Below, one piece after another: positions 1 to 13,850 of a stretch of 64,000 nucleotides of DNA (within the stretch, counting starts at the first letter, position 1; every line of letters begins with the position of its first letter). The notes under the pieces are model-generated. The model had not been told where the DNA came from. It did no database searches and saw nothing but the letters and a program-made list of their open reading frames with translations. Source of the stretch: Octopus vulgaris (taxonomy: Eukaryota); NCBI GenBank assembly GCA_951406725.2, contig OX597817.1:87234001-87298000 (forward strand), written 5' to 3'. A program made the translations under genes and the position numbers.

Positions 1-1189
1 AAATCCTATTCTTTATATATTTCTATGAAATCTTTTGCAAATATATCTATACAACGACCGTTTATATTACACGACGTTTTTAGACTGTTATCCCTTATTA
101 ATCTCTTGGGGATTCCATTATGATGCGTTTGAAAACATAACCAGTAACTAAGACAACAAATGAAGACAGAGGCGAAGAAACAAATGCTATATCAGATTTT
201 TTTCTGCTGATCTGATCACCTGCCAGTGATAATATTAGTCATTCATCTCAACCAAAAAGTAACTTATTACCGTCTTTTTTGAACTAGCTACATGTTATGT
301 GGTTGAGTGTCTTGTTACTAAGAGCGAAACATGTATATCGGGACTTCGCGATCTAATACACTCATATTTAAGACATTTGTAGTACAAGAACTATTTAACA
401 GCAACTTTATTAAAACAAACAACCTTTAGGTAATCAGATGTTCGTAGTGACCAAGCATTAAGTTGTCTAGAAACATTGAAGGCACAGTGAAGTAGTCATA
501 TACCGTGTTCCATTTGAGAATATACGAATATACCAACTACTATAACTGCCAAGAAAACGGCGAAGGTGGAAAAGTTCAAGAGAATTTCAGCAACAGCTAT
601 CACTGCTGAGAAAGAACATGGCTGGTTGGCTGGCTGACAGAGGGTGAATGGATGAATGAATAAAACGACAACAACGACCGCAGTGATAATTATATCATTT
701 GTAATAATAGATGAGACAGAATAATGTATTTAACAAACAAAAACACACAAACGACAACAGGAATAATGACACTGATGGAACGAATCCTTTTCCTGCTTGA
801 CATTTGACGTTTCACAAAGAAATCTCTTGAATTTCCGCACAGAACAAAATTAACATTGCGCTTGGAGTTTTTTTGTTGCTGAAAAGGTCATCGCTTTATT
901 TCAGTTATATTAATTTGTAAATCAGCCTGAGCGGAATGTTCTTCAAAAGTTTCTATAGAACGTGACACACTGAAAATCACATTTTCTTCTTAAAGTTCGA
1001 TGGATTGATTTTTGAATTACATTTTGATACAGGCCACCTGCTAAGAAACAAAAGTCTTTCTGTAGAATTAAAATGAACGGTAGAATATAATATTTCAATA
1101 AATTCTTCTACATCAAACAGTTTGCTCAGCTTTCTCATTTCTCATGCTTTTATTAACTTTTTAACATTTATTTTCGTTTATCCATCCAT

Positions 1190-1401
1190 CCAGGCAGCCA
1201 TCCATTCATCCATACATGCATACATGCACGCACACAAACACAAACACACATACACACACACACACACACAAACACACACACTCGTATATATGTATGTATA
1301 TATACTTACATTAATGCTTACGTGCGTACGCACATACACATATTTGTGCGTATATATGTGTAAAAGTTTCTGTGTGTATGTATCTATATCTATATATATG
1401 A

Positions 1402-1432
<31 letters not shown>

Positions 1433-1552
1433 AGAAGGGGTGGGGAAATTTGTGTATGTGTGTGTAAATATATGTGTTTGCATATATGCATGCGTGGGAG
1501 AGAAACACACACAAACACACACACGGACTGAAAAAGACATAGATGCACACAA
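1190..1552. repeat. Compound microsatellite (CATC/CA/TG/GA)
   Basis: Runs of (CA)n, (TG)n and (GA)n visible directly; the overlapping ORFs are low-complexity translations. Confidence 0.9.
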
Positions 1553-2117
1553 ATATATTAATTTTCAGTTACTTTGTTTTCGGTATGATATTCATAAAAG
1601 TAATATTTTCACGTGTTACATGCATCGTTTAATGGGCGCAAAGCACTATTGCGAAGTACTGGGATAGTGAGGTTGTGACGCCCATGCGTTTATCAGACAA
1701 GATTGAAAGAAGCTTTTATGTAGTGTTTCATTTGCTAGAAATAACAACCAATTTTCCTTTAAATCACACCTGAATTAGGAATCAACTGTACGTGAACATT
1801 CATCATAAATTCTAACGCTCTTTTCTTGTTAATTGGAGCTGATATGTAGCAGAACAATTTTACGTAATAGCAGATGTTGTTGAGATAATCTTCATTAATT
1901 AAGCCTTACCAGTTTGAATTGATTTTCCCAGTAAATGTTAGTGTACTTCCATCTTGTTAGATGAAAGTATCATTGTCCTCTCCTCTGATTTCAATACAGC
2001 CTATCTACAACTTTTAAAAACTTGACTATACATTAATTACCGAATCAAATATTGGAGATGAGTTCCACTAAAGGGATATATTAGCATGCAAATCATCAAC
2101 AAATATATATAAACGCT

Positions 2118-2118
<1 letters not shown>

Positions 2119-2175
<57 letters not shown>

Positions 2176-2303
2176 TGAAAATAATAATAATAATAATAAT
2201 AATGATAATAATGATAATAATAATGATGATGATGATGATGATAATAATAATAATAATGATAATAATAATAATAATAATAATAATGATAATAATGATAATA
2301 ATA

Positions 2304-2337
<34 letters not shown>

Positions 2338-2378
2338 CGACGACGATGATAATAATAATAATAATGATAAGAATAATA

Positions 2379-2438
<60 letters not shown>
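2119..2438. repeat. (AAT)n/(GAT)n trinucleotide array
   Basis: About 320 bp of AAT/GAT units. Confidence 0.97.
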
Positions 2439-2440
<2 letters not shown>

Positions 2441-2671
2441 TGTCCCAATCGATATAAACATATCTGTCAAGACCTACCAATCTCAAATTTTATAACAAAC
2501 TCGAAATTTTTATATGTTTTCTTAAACATTTTCTAGAACAATACTATGTACAAAACCAAATATATGACACCCTAGGCATAACACCAACAAGAACTTCTAA
2601 CTTGTCTCTTGAGGCCTCTGGGTGAGAATTGGAGCCAAATTGTACAAATGAAAAGCAAAAGTCAAACATAA

Positions 2672-2672
<1 letters not shown>
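2439..2672 (+). mobile_element. Internally deleted 3' fragment of an RLE-type (R4/Dong-like) non-LTR retrotransposon inside an (AAT)n array
   Basis: 2439-2480 reads TVPIDINISVKTYQ, like the 'ID.xVP.D.N...K' stretch of restriction-like endonucleases. Non-coding sequence follows and runs into an (AAT)n tail. Confidence 0.6.
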
Positions 2673-2763
<91 letters not shown>

Positions 2764-2817
2764 CAATAATAATAATAATAATGATAATAATAATAATAAC
2801 AACAATAATAATAATAA
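2672..2817. repeat. (AAT)n array
   Basis: Direct observation. Confidence 0.95.
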
Positions 2818-3005
2818 AGGAAAACTGGTACCAAATAGCCATAAAACTTGAACAAAACAAAATAATGTTTTCTGTCTCTAAAGAAGCCGAAGAGTATAAG
2901 AAAGAGTTTATAGTACTTGACAACTGTGAAGAAAAAGAGCAAACAACAAAAGCTATAAAGCAACTGAAATCTAAACTAAAACTGGGGAAACAAAGTAACA
3001 TGATA
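2818..3005 (+). mobile_element. Internal fragment of an R4/Dong-like LINE ORF (post-RT region)
   Basis: KENWYQIAIKLEQNKIMFSVSKEAEEYK...TTKAIKQLKSKLKL, flanked by AAT repeats; resembles the region between RT and zinc knuckle of RLE LINEs (from recall). Confidence 0.45.
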
Positions 3006-3019
3006 ATAAATACCAATAA

Positions 3020-3230
3020 TAATCCTTTCCACTATAGGCACAAAGCCTGAAATTTTAGGGGAGTGGGCTAGTCACATCGACTCCAGTGCTTGACTGTTAC
3101 TTATTTTATCGATCCCGAGAGAATGAAAGACAAAGTTGACATCGGCAGAGTTTGAATTCAAAATGTAAAGACGGACGAAATGCCGCTAAGCATTTTGGCC
3201 GGCATCCTAATGAATTTGCCAGCGCACCGC
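3020..3230 (-). mobile_element. tRNA-derived SINE, family A (degenerate)
   Basis: Reverse complement matches the GGCGGCGAGCTGGCAGAA...GAGTTCAAAT...GCCTTTCATCCTTTCGGGGTCGATAAA..AGTACCAG unit repeated many times in the window. Confidence 0.85.
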
Positions 3231-3394
3231 ATTAACAACAACAACAACACAACAACAACACATACGGGTATGAGTAAGAAGTGTAAAGAAGGAAACTTTT
3301 TCGTGAATACTATAAAGATTACTATACCTAAAATGGAATCCATATTTCAGTGTATCATATTGAGCAATAAGTAATTTCTTTTAGCCGTAACAAA

Positions 3395-3426
<32 letters not shown>

Positions 3427-3546
3427 AAATAAAATATATTGAAGCATTCCACTTCGTGAAATGAAGGAGACTATGAAAAATAGCAATACAGCAACTCTAT
3501 GCAAAATAGTTATAATACACACACACGTGTGTGTATGTGTGTGTGT

Positions 3547-3586
<40 letters not shown>

Positions 3587-5075
3587 ATTTTCCTTTTTAT
3601 TTATAAGATTTCTTCCAAGCAGTAAGGAGCCGGTTTCTAGCAGAGAAACAAAGGCCCATTGCTGGAATCTTGATTACAACAGCGATAGGTGGTATGTGTT
3701 GATCTTTAGAAATATCTTACACATATTACTGCTCCACTTACAGACAGATTTACATGTAATTGTGTCTGTGTGTATGTATGTATGTATGTATGTATGTATG
3801 TATGTATGTATGTATGTATGTATGCATGTATGTATGTATGTATTTTCTTTTGTATTTATGTATATTTTGAGTATGAGCGTATATTTGTGTGTATGAGTTT
3901 GGGCTGAATCTCTTAAGTTTTTTTCCATATTTTTATATTAGTTCTGTATATCTGGATTTGTACAATAACATTGCCATGACCACTAGCACTTTTCAAATCC
4001 ACTTTTCTTGTGGGTTCTATGAAGTTTATGTGCATGATATTCTTTATAGTGAATGGAGAATACGCAGAACTACGTTCACTTTTCAGACAGAGCAATTCTC
4101 CTATAGTTGCAACATTGGTTGTGATGACATGAAACTGATTGTTCTTGTAGATAGCTGAACCAGGGTCCATAACACAAAGTGCTGGAGAATTTTTCTACAT
4201 CTCCATGCATAATTAGACTGAATTAATATAGAGTAGATTTTCTCGATAAATGTTGATTCGGGACAAAATAACAAGAACGCCTGTAAGAAAGGTTTGGTAA
4301 TCAAGTTAACACCTTGAACCATAAAATAATACTCGCCACCAACCAAACAGATCACACCGTATCTAAACAAGAGTCTTTTCTTGCTGGAAACTCTAGTACG
4401 ATTGCCAACGGAAGCCTGTGTCAGTAAGTTAGTTTCACCGAACACACGAGTTTCATACGCAAAGATGCGCTACGTATATTGACTTTTGTAACGGCAGAAG
4501 ACTTTTACAAACAATAAAACCGTCTCATAACAATAAAAAAGAGAGAGGCTTATAATGAAATTATCCAATGAAATATTCAAATATATTCTGAAGAGAATAA
4601 AATGTTATGTGGTAGATAGTGTCCAATAATATCACAGAATTGTAACATTTTCGATGATAGCATTTAATTAGAAGCCAGACAGACTGTCAATATTATTCAA
4701 GTTAGCAATGTTATTGTCAGAATAGGATTTTCTTCTTTGTATTGGCATTTCTCAAAGATACGATACTGTCATCTTGGAATTTGTTGGGTGCCCCAATGAA
4801 ATAACAAAATGTCATTGTAAAGGAAGTAAATATATTTTGTCCACGAACTCATTGACACAATATCATAATTTATGCATACCCGAAATCATACTTAACGTGT
4901 TGCTAGTGACAGACGCACACTCAATAGGGTAGGTATGTTTCCTTAGAGCAATTCCATAGAAACATATCGTAATTATCGTTAATCGAAATCTTTTATAAGA
5001 AATACGAACACGCAAGTTTTCCAATATTTATTTTAAAATAATCTTCTCTTCTATGGTAAACAAAATGTTGGAAGT

Positions 5076-5154
<79 letters not shown>

Positions 5155-6134
5155 TCGGAAAATATCATTTCACCTCGTACTACCCTTATATTGCAGTGAT
5201 TATGCTATAGTCGATCTTTGCACTGATTTAGGATGAGCTCTCTCGGTAGGGGACTTTATTTTCATTAAATTCACTTGGGAGGTCTCACAATGTCTTTCCT
5301 TAGTCAATATCAGGTGTGAAACCAATCAGCTGTCATCCCTCCGGCTGATCATTATCGGACAACCGTTTTTTCCCCCACGTTTCGTTTCATGACACGGGTT
5401 GACAAAAATATCAACCAAGCCGGTCTTATTGAAGATACTAGTAGTATCGATTAAAATAGAACCATTGCAAATGCTCTCATTTCTTCCTTATCATGTGCAG
5501 TTAGGGTAACATTTAATAAGTGAAAACCTAATTAATTCATAATATCTATTTGGAGAGTAGAAAACATTAGCTCAGTGAAGAATATAAGTTAATCTCGCGA
5601 CATATTTAGGCAATATTAAATCTCGGTAAAGCCGAAATTTCCCCATAATAGTGAGATTAGTGATAAAAGACATTAATAAGTCTTTATATTTCAGTGAAGA
5701 GGCCCCAAAAGACAGAAACTCACACGTAATTATCGAACGTAGTTGCCAATATATGATTATGTGGCTTCAAATTTAATTGAACTATGCTAGAAGTTTCGGA
5801 AAATACGTTCATATTAAAATTCTTAGCGTTTTACCTTGAAGTCAGTGTTGGCAGAAATTAAATCAGCTTGCAAATACACGTTCACTTTACTAAATTTATA
5901 TTCGGGCCACTACTATTACTGCTACTGCTACTAGTAATAATAATAATTATTATAATAGCGATGCCGATAACTTAATGACGATAATAATAATAATGGTAAC
6001 GTTGGCGTTGATATTGATAATAGAAATGACGGCAATGATAACAGCAATATCGTGAACGATTCACCTAATACAACCCTAGCCTTTAGTTTGTCTACTAGTA
6101 GCACTACCTCATCTCTCTCTCTCCAACTAACAGT

Positions 6135-6570
6135 CGTAGAACTGATAGCTGCAACTTCAGATCTGGGACTGATTGCCCGCTTCAAGCCCATTCCAGAAGA
6201 TTCAACGTTGGATACCAATGCACTGTTCACAACATAGTAAATAACTATAGCTATTACATTGGATCTGCCTCATATTTTTAAGCAAATCTATTATGCACGT
6301 TTAAACTCCTTTAAATATACAGATAATAGCAATTTTACATCACCAGCCAGTCATGTACAACATCTAATTAATAGAAAAATACCATATTGGCCTTTCTGGG
6401 CTATAATAGATTCTGGTATCCCATATCAGGGCCAGTACTCCACCTGTGGACTCTGCTTAAAGAAGCCCTCAAAATTTTAACCCATAACTCACCACAATTG
6501 CTTAACAAGCGCAACGAAGACTTCACAATGTGTAAACACAAATTCTTCCGCACTTTTAAATTCTTCCATA
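6135..6570 (+). pseudogene. Penelope-like element (PLE) linker plus GIY-YIG endonuclease, frameshifted
   Basis: From 6135: SCNFRSGTDCPLQAHSRRFNVGYQCTVH...YYIGS (Cys-rich linker, V(G)Y...YIG), then FKQIYYARLNSF...WAIIDSGIPY..CGLCLK / EALKIL...LLNKRNE...CKH, the PLE endonuclease C-terminal pattern. Confidence 0.85.
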
Positions 6571-7548
6571 AATCCAAATGTAAATTCACCACACCCACGC
6601 ATAACACTCACATCCATGATCGTTAACATATACCCCTGTTTATCTCTTCTATCTATCTTACCTTAGCGCTTTATAAGATAAACGTTAATTCATTAATTCG
6701 TTTTTATAATCTTAACCTTATAATTTCCCAATATTTCATTCTAACTCTTATTCCTAAATAATTTAACGTTCAACCCGTTTCTCCACTCAAGAATACCTAC
6801 ACATGCATACCTCCATTGCTAAAAATATTTCTACAGCCACTGTCCTTAGCCATAAAACGGACACAAGCACTTACTACATCTCCTCCCCAACCCCTGGAGA
6901 CTAGAAGAATACCACCGGCACCTCTTCGAATTCTTTTCATTTTACTTTCTTTTTTGTTATCTTCATTTACCTCCTCCTCTCTCTTATTTACCGTTATATA
7001 TTTATTTATTTATCTTCTTGGTCATCTTTGTACATTACATTTTTGTACACTATATTCTTATATACATTATTTTATCCTTAATGCCAATCCTTGCTTTCCT
7101 CCCTCACTCTCTCTACCCCTCTTTCTGTTTATTTATTTTTCTTTCTCTTTACCCGTTAATAGCCACCTTCGCTATCATTCTGTTACGGAACGTCCATACG
7201 TTCGCGTCTATTTCTGGATATTTACACTATTAAGACTCCAATCCACATGGATTTACACAGGATTGCACCTAAGGACTTACAGACTAACATCTACACAATC
7301 GGAAAGTTGAACAATGAACTTTAATGCTTCTTTTTCTGCTCTTTCTTCATCTCCTTATTCCTTTTCTCCTGTCCTCTACCTTGTCATTTCATTCATCTAC
7401 ACCCTTCTCATTTTCCCTATTTGTCTCCGATGACGGAATATACCATACTCTGGGATATCCTAGAAACAGCTGTAAGACTTTGAATTTTTTCAATAATAAT
7501 AACTTGAGATGTTTGTCTTGCCTTAACATTTGTTATCCTCTTTAGCAA
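6570..7548 (+). mobile_element. PLE 3' non-coding region/pseudo-LTR ending at (TA)n
   Basis: Pyrimidine-rich tail downstream of the GIY-YIG fragment; carries a hammerhead motif and ends at a (TA)n run. Confidence 0.65.
7423..7478 (+). ncRNA. Minimal type-I hammerhead ribozyme-like motif (core variant CCGAUGA)
   Basis: GTCT-CCGATGA-CGGAATAT..ATATCC-TA-GAAA-CAGCTG(palindrome)-TA-AGAC; stem I GTCT/AGAC. Confidence 0.65.
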
Positions 7549-7637
7549 TTATATATATATATATATATACAGAATTTTTTGCGTAATAAGATAAAAAACC
7601 AAGGGTGTATAGATATTAGAGCATTTATAGATAGAAG

Positions 7638-7689
7638 GTCTTACAGCTGTTTCTAGGATATTGATTAATAATATCCCTTCATCGGAAAC
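7638..7689 (-). ncRNA. Minimal hammerhead-like motif
   Basis: Minus strand: GTTT-CCGATGA-A-GGGATATT/AATATCCT-A-GAAA-CAGCTG-TA-AGAC. Confidence 0.65.
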
Positions 7690-7751
7690 GGTGTGAGAGG
7701 AAAATTAAGTCATAGTTAGTGTAGATGTGATACAAAATTTCCTCTCACACC

Positions 7752-7803
7752 GTTGCCGATGAAGGGACCTTATTCATCAATATCCTAGAAACTGCTATAA
7801 AAC
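7752..7803 (+). ncRNA. Degenerate hammerhead-like motif (mirror copy)
   Basis: GTTG-CCGATGA-AGGGAC...ATATCCTA-GAAA-CTGCTA-TA-AAAC; the stem III palindrome is mutated. Confidence 0.4.
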
Positions 7804-8026
7804 ATTCTATCTATAAATGCTCTAATATCTATACAGCCTTGGTTTTTTTCATCTTATTACGCAAAAAATTCTTATATACACACGCTGACATAGAACCAAC
7901 GTTGAACCCTTTATTCGCAATATTACCGAATCTGGACCTTAACTATGGTCTGTCTATAGCACTTATTCAGCATTACCTGACACCTTTGGGTCCCAATGAC
8001 ACCATTATCTCTTACATATATATACT

Positions 8027-8091
<65 letters not shown>

Positions 8092-8093
<2 letters not shown>

Positions 8094-8411
8094 CGGGAAG
8101 CTTTATGAAAATAGACAAAAGACGAAGGCAGGTGGAAAACAAACAAACAAACAATTGTATTAGTATGGCGCTCAGGAAATATAAATAAAACAAGTCTTTA
8201 ACGTTTCGAGCCTACGCTCTTCAACAGAAAGATACACAGAGAGAGAAAAAACACAGAAAGAAGGAGAGAAAAAAAATGCGTGCAGTAACTAACGAATCAA
8301 CATGGCGATCCGATTTCGGCCAGAGGTCAAAGATCAAACATGAGACGCGAGAGCGAAATAAGGGGAGATAATAGGGTTGATAATAGGGTTGAATGACCCT
8401 AGGATAGGTAT

Positions 8412-8412
<1 letters not shown>
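8092..8412 (-). mobile_element. PLE-type terminal-repeat fragment inserted in (TA)n
   Basis: Unique sequence bounded by (TA)n on both sides and carrying a hammerhead motif. Confidence 0.55.
8195..8232 (-). ncRNA. 38-nt minimal hammerhead-like motif
   Basis: Minus strand: TCTTT-CTGTTGA-A-GAGC-GTAG-GCTC-GAAA-CG-TT-AAAGA; perfect stems I and II, core A6>U. Confidence 0.65.
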
Positions 8413-8502
<90 letters not shown>

Positions 8503-8663
8503 TGTGTGAATCTGTATATAAATATATATACAGATATATGTGTATTAATACCTATCTATCTATCTAGCTAGCTAGCTATCTACACACACACATGTAGTTC
8601 AAATTTACAAAAAAAACATGAGACGGAAACCGGTGAAGAAACAAGTAGGTGTATTAGATTTAT

Positions 8664-8702
<39 letters not shown>

Positions 8703-8959
8703 GGGAGCGCGAGGGAGAGAGAGAAGGAGAGAGAGAGAAACAAACAGACAGACAGATAGACAGGTAGATAGATAGAAAACGATAAGAACTGAAGCCATAT
8801 CTTTAATCACTCGTCACAAACGGAGTTAGGTTATCAGCAGAGATATTTTAAGTTGGCGGCTTATCTGTAACTCTTTACATTGTAACTGTGAGCCTCTTGT
8901 CTGACCTGCTAAGGAAATACAAAGAACACAAGCTAGGATTTGTTGAAGAGAAAAATAAT

Positions 8960-10190
8960 GTAACCCGCACATTATTAATGTCCTTAAATTGTACTCAATT
9001 AATTCCATGACACCAAAGGACAGTTACAACGAGTCACAACATTTTCACTAAACATAAGCTTGGAATTTGGTTACGAAAGATGGCTAACAAGACAAGGCAT
9101 ATTTATGGCAATTTGTCTGTTTATCACTTCTATTACAAGTGATGAATGTTACATATACCTTGGAATAGACAGAATGTTGCTGTTCTGAGTAAAGCTAACA
9201 TAACGACGAACGAATACTTTCGTAGACTTTGGAGAGTTTTGGAAGTTAGACCTGTCTGCATTCGATCAAACCATATTCCACAATGTTTTCGCAGTAGCAG
9301 TGCTAGTAACAACATTTGGGATGCTAGACTGGATACTTGAATCAATCTGCAACATGGAATGGTAATATGCTAATAATAACTAGTAAGTTCCTAGTACTCA
9401 ACTGTTACTCATTTTATCGACCTTAACATGATGAAAGGCAAAGTCGACCTCAGCAGAATTTGAACTCAGAACCTGAAGACGGGTGAAATGCCGTTACATA
9501 TTCAGCCCGGCGTGCTAACGATTCTGCCAGCTCGCCGCCTTATATATACTAGAAGGTTATACCATTGCTATTCAAAAACAGGAGACAGCTAGTAGATATC
9601 TGATCAACAAGAGATATAAGGATGTCTCTTGACCACCATGTTATGAAAGAAAATGTGCAATGTGCCATAACAGTATGGTAGTTGTCATCTGTATCATCTG
9701 CAACAATACAAAAACCTTCGCTGCTGCTGCTTTCTTAAAGGGTATGGAATTCTTGCTTAAAACGGGAAGATTGTCCTGACGGCCATACCAGAGACACAAC
9801 GTGATTGAAATATATCCAGACTGTTAATACTACAGAATACTGGTGGAACGTTCCAATAAGATATCAACCGGTGTGAACACAACGGACCAGATATAGTTGT
9901 GGCGAAAACCATGCACAGTTACAGAGGTCAGCTGTGTGAAGAATGTGAATGTCTTATAAAAAATTAACTAAAAGGAGAAGCTTTATGGAAATCTAAGAAA
10001 CATGCAGAATGTAGATTTTTATTTTTACCTTTTATCGTAGGTTCACTTGGCTACGTAAGACCACATTTACATGAAATCCCAGAAATCATGGCGTTCTCCA
10101 AGAAAACACAAAGCCAAGTGGTTCGCATTCTCGGAATGCATTCGATAAGAAGTAAGAAGTACAGTGAATAATATGTAAAACCTGGAATTT
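8960..10190 (+). mobile_element. Degraded RLE-type non-LTR retrotransposon (RT, Cys knuckle, RLE), interrupted by a SINE
   Basis: Across frameshifts: LKLYS...ISLEFG (RT), NEYFRRLWRV..LSAF..HNVFAV..TFGMLDW, EGYTIAIQKQE..CAMC, RHNV, EYWWNVPI..PDIVV..EVSC..K..K..YGNL, IVGSLGYV. Confidence 0.75.
9385..9542 (-). mobile_element. SINE family A
   Basis: Matches family A; head GGCGGCGAGCTGGCAGAATCGTTAGC on the minus strand. Confidence 0.9.
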
Positions 10191-10395
10191 CTCTGTTTGA
10201 CTAAATAAATGCACTTATCAAGTATACACGCACACACACACACACACATACACACACACACACACACAAACATAGATTAACAGAATTGAAGTACACACAA
10301 TTGTGTACGAAAAGAGATTGCACGGCAACATCATGAGTACAAATTTATCCACACACACACACACACCACACACTCACTGTCTCTCCCTCCCCTGT

Positions 10396-10546
10396 CGCTC
10401 TCTCTCTCTCTCTCGCTCTCGCTCTCTCTCTCTCTCGCTCTCGCTCTCTCTCTCTCGCTCTCGCTCTCTCTCTCTCTCGCTCTCGCTCTCTCTCTCTCTC
10501 GCTCTCGCTCTCTCTCTCTCTCGCTCTCGCTCTCTCTCTCTCTCAC
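10396..10546. repeat. (CT)n/(CTCTCG)n microsatellite
   Basis: Direct observation. Confidence 0.95.
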
Positions 10547-11086
10547 GCAAGCACGAATCATACACTAACCAATTCATTTACCGAAGCTTCCCAAATGATG
10601 TCTTAATCTACATAAAAGTGCCTTTGACACCTTGTTAGTCTCTGGCTTGAACAAAGAAACATATATTGATACTAATACATATACACACGTTACACACACA
10701 CACACACACACACATGTTTGGCGCTTCTGTCTCTTTGTTAACTTTATACTATGTATGCCTTTTCTGTGAAACAGTTCCGCTGTGTTTGATATGAATCCAT
10801 TGAATTATACTTTGATACGTTTTCTACACACGTCTCTACTTCAAACAGTTTCTTATTTCCTCTTTCGCTTCTTAATTTCGTTTGTCCTTTCATCTAATTT
10901 ATTTTCCTACAACTTATCTACTCAGATATTTTTGTCATATCAGCAGATCTTCTCATTATACCATGACATTTTCCACACAGCTATTTTCTCGTGGAGAAAT
11001 ATTACTTGAAATGTTGTTTTGTTTTAAATAGACATGTTGTGGAAGTAAAACTTTCAGATGTGTGCTTATCTCTCTCCCTCTCTCTG

Positions 11087-11120
<34 letters not shown>

Positions 11121-11155
11121 TGCATGTGTATGCCTACATACATACACACATACAT

Positions 11156-11263
<108 letters not shown>

Positions 11264-11689
11264 GTTATATATATTACATACATATACATACACATAATTT
11301 ACTAAGCTAGCTAATATCTAACCCAGTAATTCTAATGTCATTAACATCCTAATGTACTGCATCTAATAACTAAATAAAGATACAAACTTTCATTTAGATC
11401 CAATTTAATACCTGACTCTAAAAACTCTGGCTTCAAATGAAACAAAAACAACGAATATTTAACCCAGCCACACACCAGGCAATAAGAGGGTCCGAAACAG
11501 ATTACGGCAACAAAGGGTGCTATAAGAATCATGCAGAACACACTGAAGAGCGAACAACTACATATACTTCACGATTATATAAATTTTATCTAAACAAACA
11601 TAGATACCGTATCATCAGGTGTATGATTGGAAATCATTGTGGTTTCAATATATGTATGATTCTTTAAGTTATTTTATCTTTTATCTGCT

Positions 11690-12320
<631 letters not shown>

Positions 12321-12714
12321 ATTATATTTGTATATTTATGATTTTTTCTCTTTACAAAATTCAACATGGTCACTGATAAAGCGAGAAGCCAATGCCTTCA
12401 AGATTTTTACCTGTTTCACTCATTGAACTGTGTCCATGTTGAACATTATCAAGCGGTGGTGAGGAACAAGCACAAACATAGACACACACATACATATGCC
12501 TGTCTGTCTGTATGTATGTATGTATGCATGTATGTATGTTTGCAAGTCTGTCTGTCTGTATGTATGCATGTATGTTCTTTTGTTTGTTTGTATATATGCA
12601 TGTATGTATGTATGCATATACATGTTTGCGTATGTGTATATATAACCGTGCTATATCTATATTTATCTACTAAATATATGTGTGTATGTGTTTCTGCGTG
12701 CGTCTGTGTGTGCA

Positions 12715-12872
12715 GTTGGCTTCCACACGGCATCCACCCTTAAATTTACTCAGAAGGTATTTGTTGGTCCAGGGCTATACTAAAAAACACTTGTCCAGAG
12801 TGCCATGATGTGAAACCGAACCCAAAACTATATGCTTGCAAAGTGAGCTTCTTAACCATAAAACAATGCCGG
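12715..12872 (-). mobile_element. SINE family B head, degenerate
   Basis: Similar to the other family B heads; GGGTTCGGTTTC B-box-like sequence. Confidence 0.6.
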
Positions 12873-12882
12873 TTTATATGTA

Positions 12883-13700
12883 TAGGGTTTCCAGGCTAAA
12901 TTTGAAAGTTTGCATAAAAGGAAAAGAAAACGAAATGTTCTCTCTAAAATAGAAATTATTTTAAAAGATTAAAAACTATCAACAAAATTATGACTAGGAG
13001 ATAGCAGTTTAGTCAAAGTAGTCGCCAACAGCTTTCACCATGGCCTCAAAACAGCTCCGGAATTTGGTGCATGTGTTCCTCACAGTGTCCTTCAAACGCC
13101 TTTAGGCAGGGTCGTGTGGGTCTTTCTCAACCGCGTCCCACTTATAATCCATGCGATTACAATCGGGAGAATTAGTAGGCCAGCATTTGGGGCTGATGAA
13201 GGTATAGAAATTCTCCGACATCCACTTCTGACTTTTTCCGGATAATAGCAAGGAGCTGAGTACTGTTTCACCACATATAGCTTTCCAGCAGCAAGCCTCT
13301 ACAAGCAGAGATTGACCACATTCACCAGTAGCTTCATTGGCCCTGTTCAAAGATTTGGGGATGAAAAATGCGGCATGCAGACGCATATAGAACGCTGCTG
13401 TGTCCTTTCCTGCTGCCCACGGTTTCTTAGTCTCCGTTGCAGCTACCCATGTCACATCTTACAGCTTTTACAGTGTTCACAGAATATTGAGCAACAGTCA
13501 TGCTGTCAGCATGTTGATCACTGGTGCGAATCATAATGATATACATAACTCTTCGCCAATATTGTGATGACTTCCAGTTGACTAAGTCAGCTAAATTTTT
13601 CTCAAATACACTTTTAACCAGTAAAGTCTCTTCACCGATACATCAGGTTGCTCCTGAAAGAAGGCGACATAATACATCGTCAAATTGTCGATAAGTAAAC
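12883..13700 (-). mobile_element. Internally deleted Tc1/mariner (DD37D/maT-like) relic
   Basis: SGKSQKWMSENF..SPKCWPTNSPDCNRMDY.WDAVEK (WPPNSPDxNPxDY motif); its 5' end resembles 49690-49750. Confidence 0.8.
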
Positions 13701-13850
13701 TACACACACACATACATATATAGAGCAAACCTCCACCATATCGCGGTTCACTTATCGCACACTCACACACACACACAAACACACACGCACACACACACAC
13801 ACACACATACACACACACATACACACACACACACACAAAATATACACATA

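Larger units (their letters stand above)
7571..7872. repeat. Fold-back palindrome, about 135-bp arms, each with a hammerhead-like motif
   Basis: 7571-7706 is the reverse complement of 7735-7872 around a spacer of about 28 nt; TA runs on both sides. Confidence 0.9.

Noticed and set aside
3913-4445. Non-repetitive minus-strand ORFs of 85 and 114 aa
   Set aside because: No recognisable motif or clear splice sites.
13190-13215. CTGATGA..GAAA
   Set aside because: Lies antisense within transposase coding sequence and has no stems.
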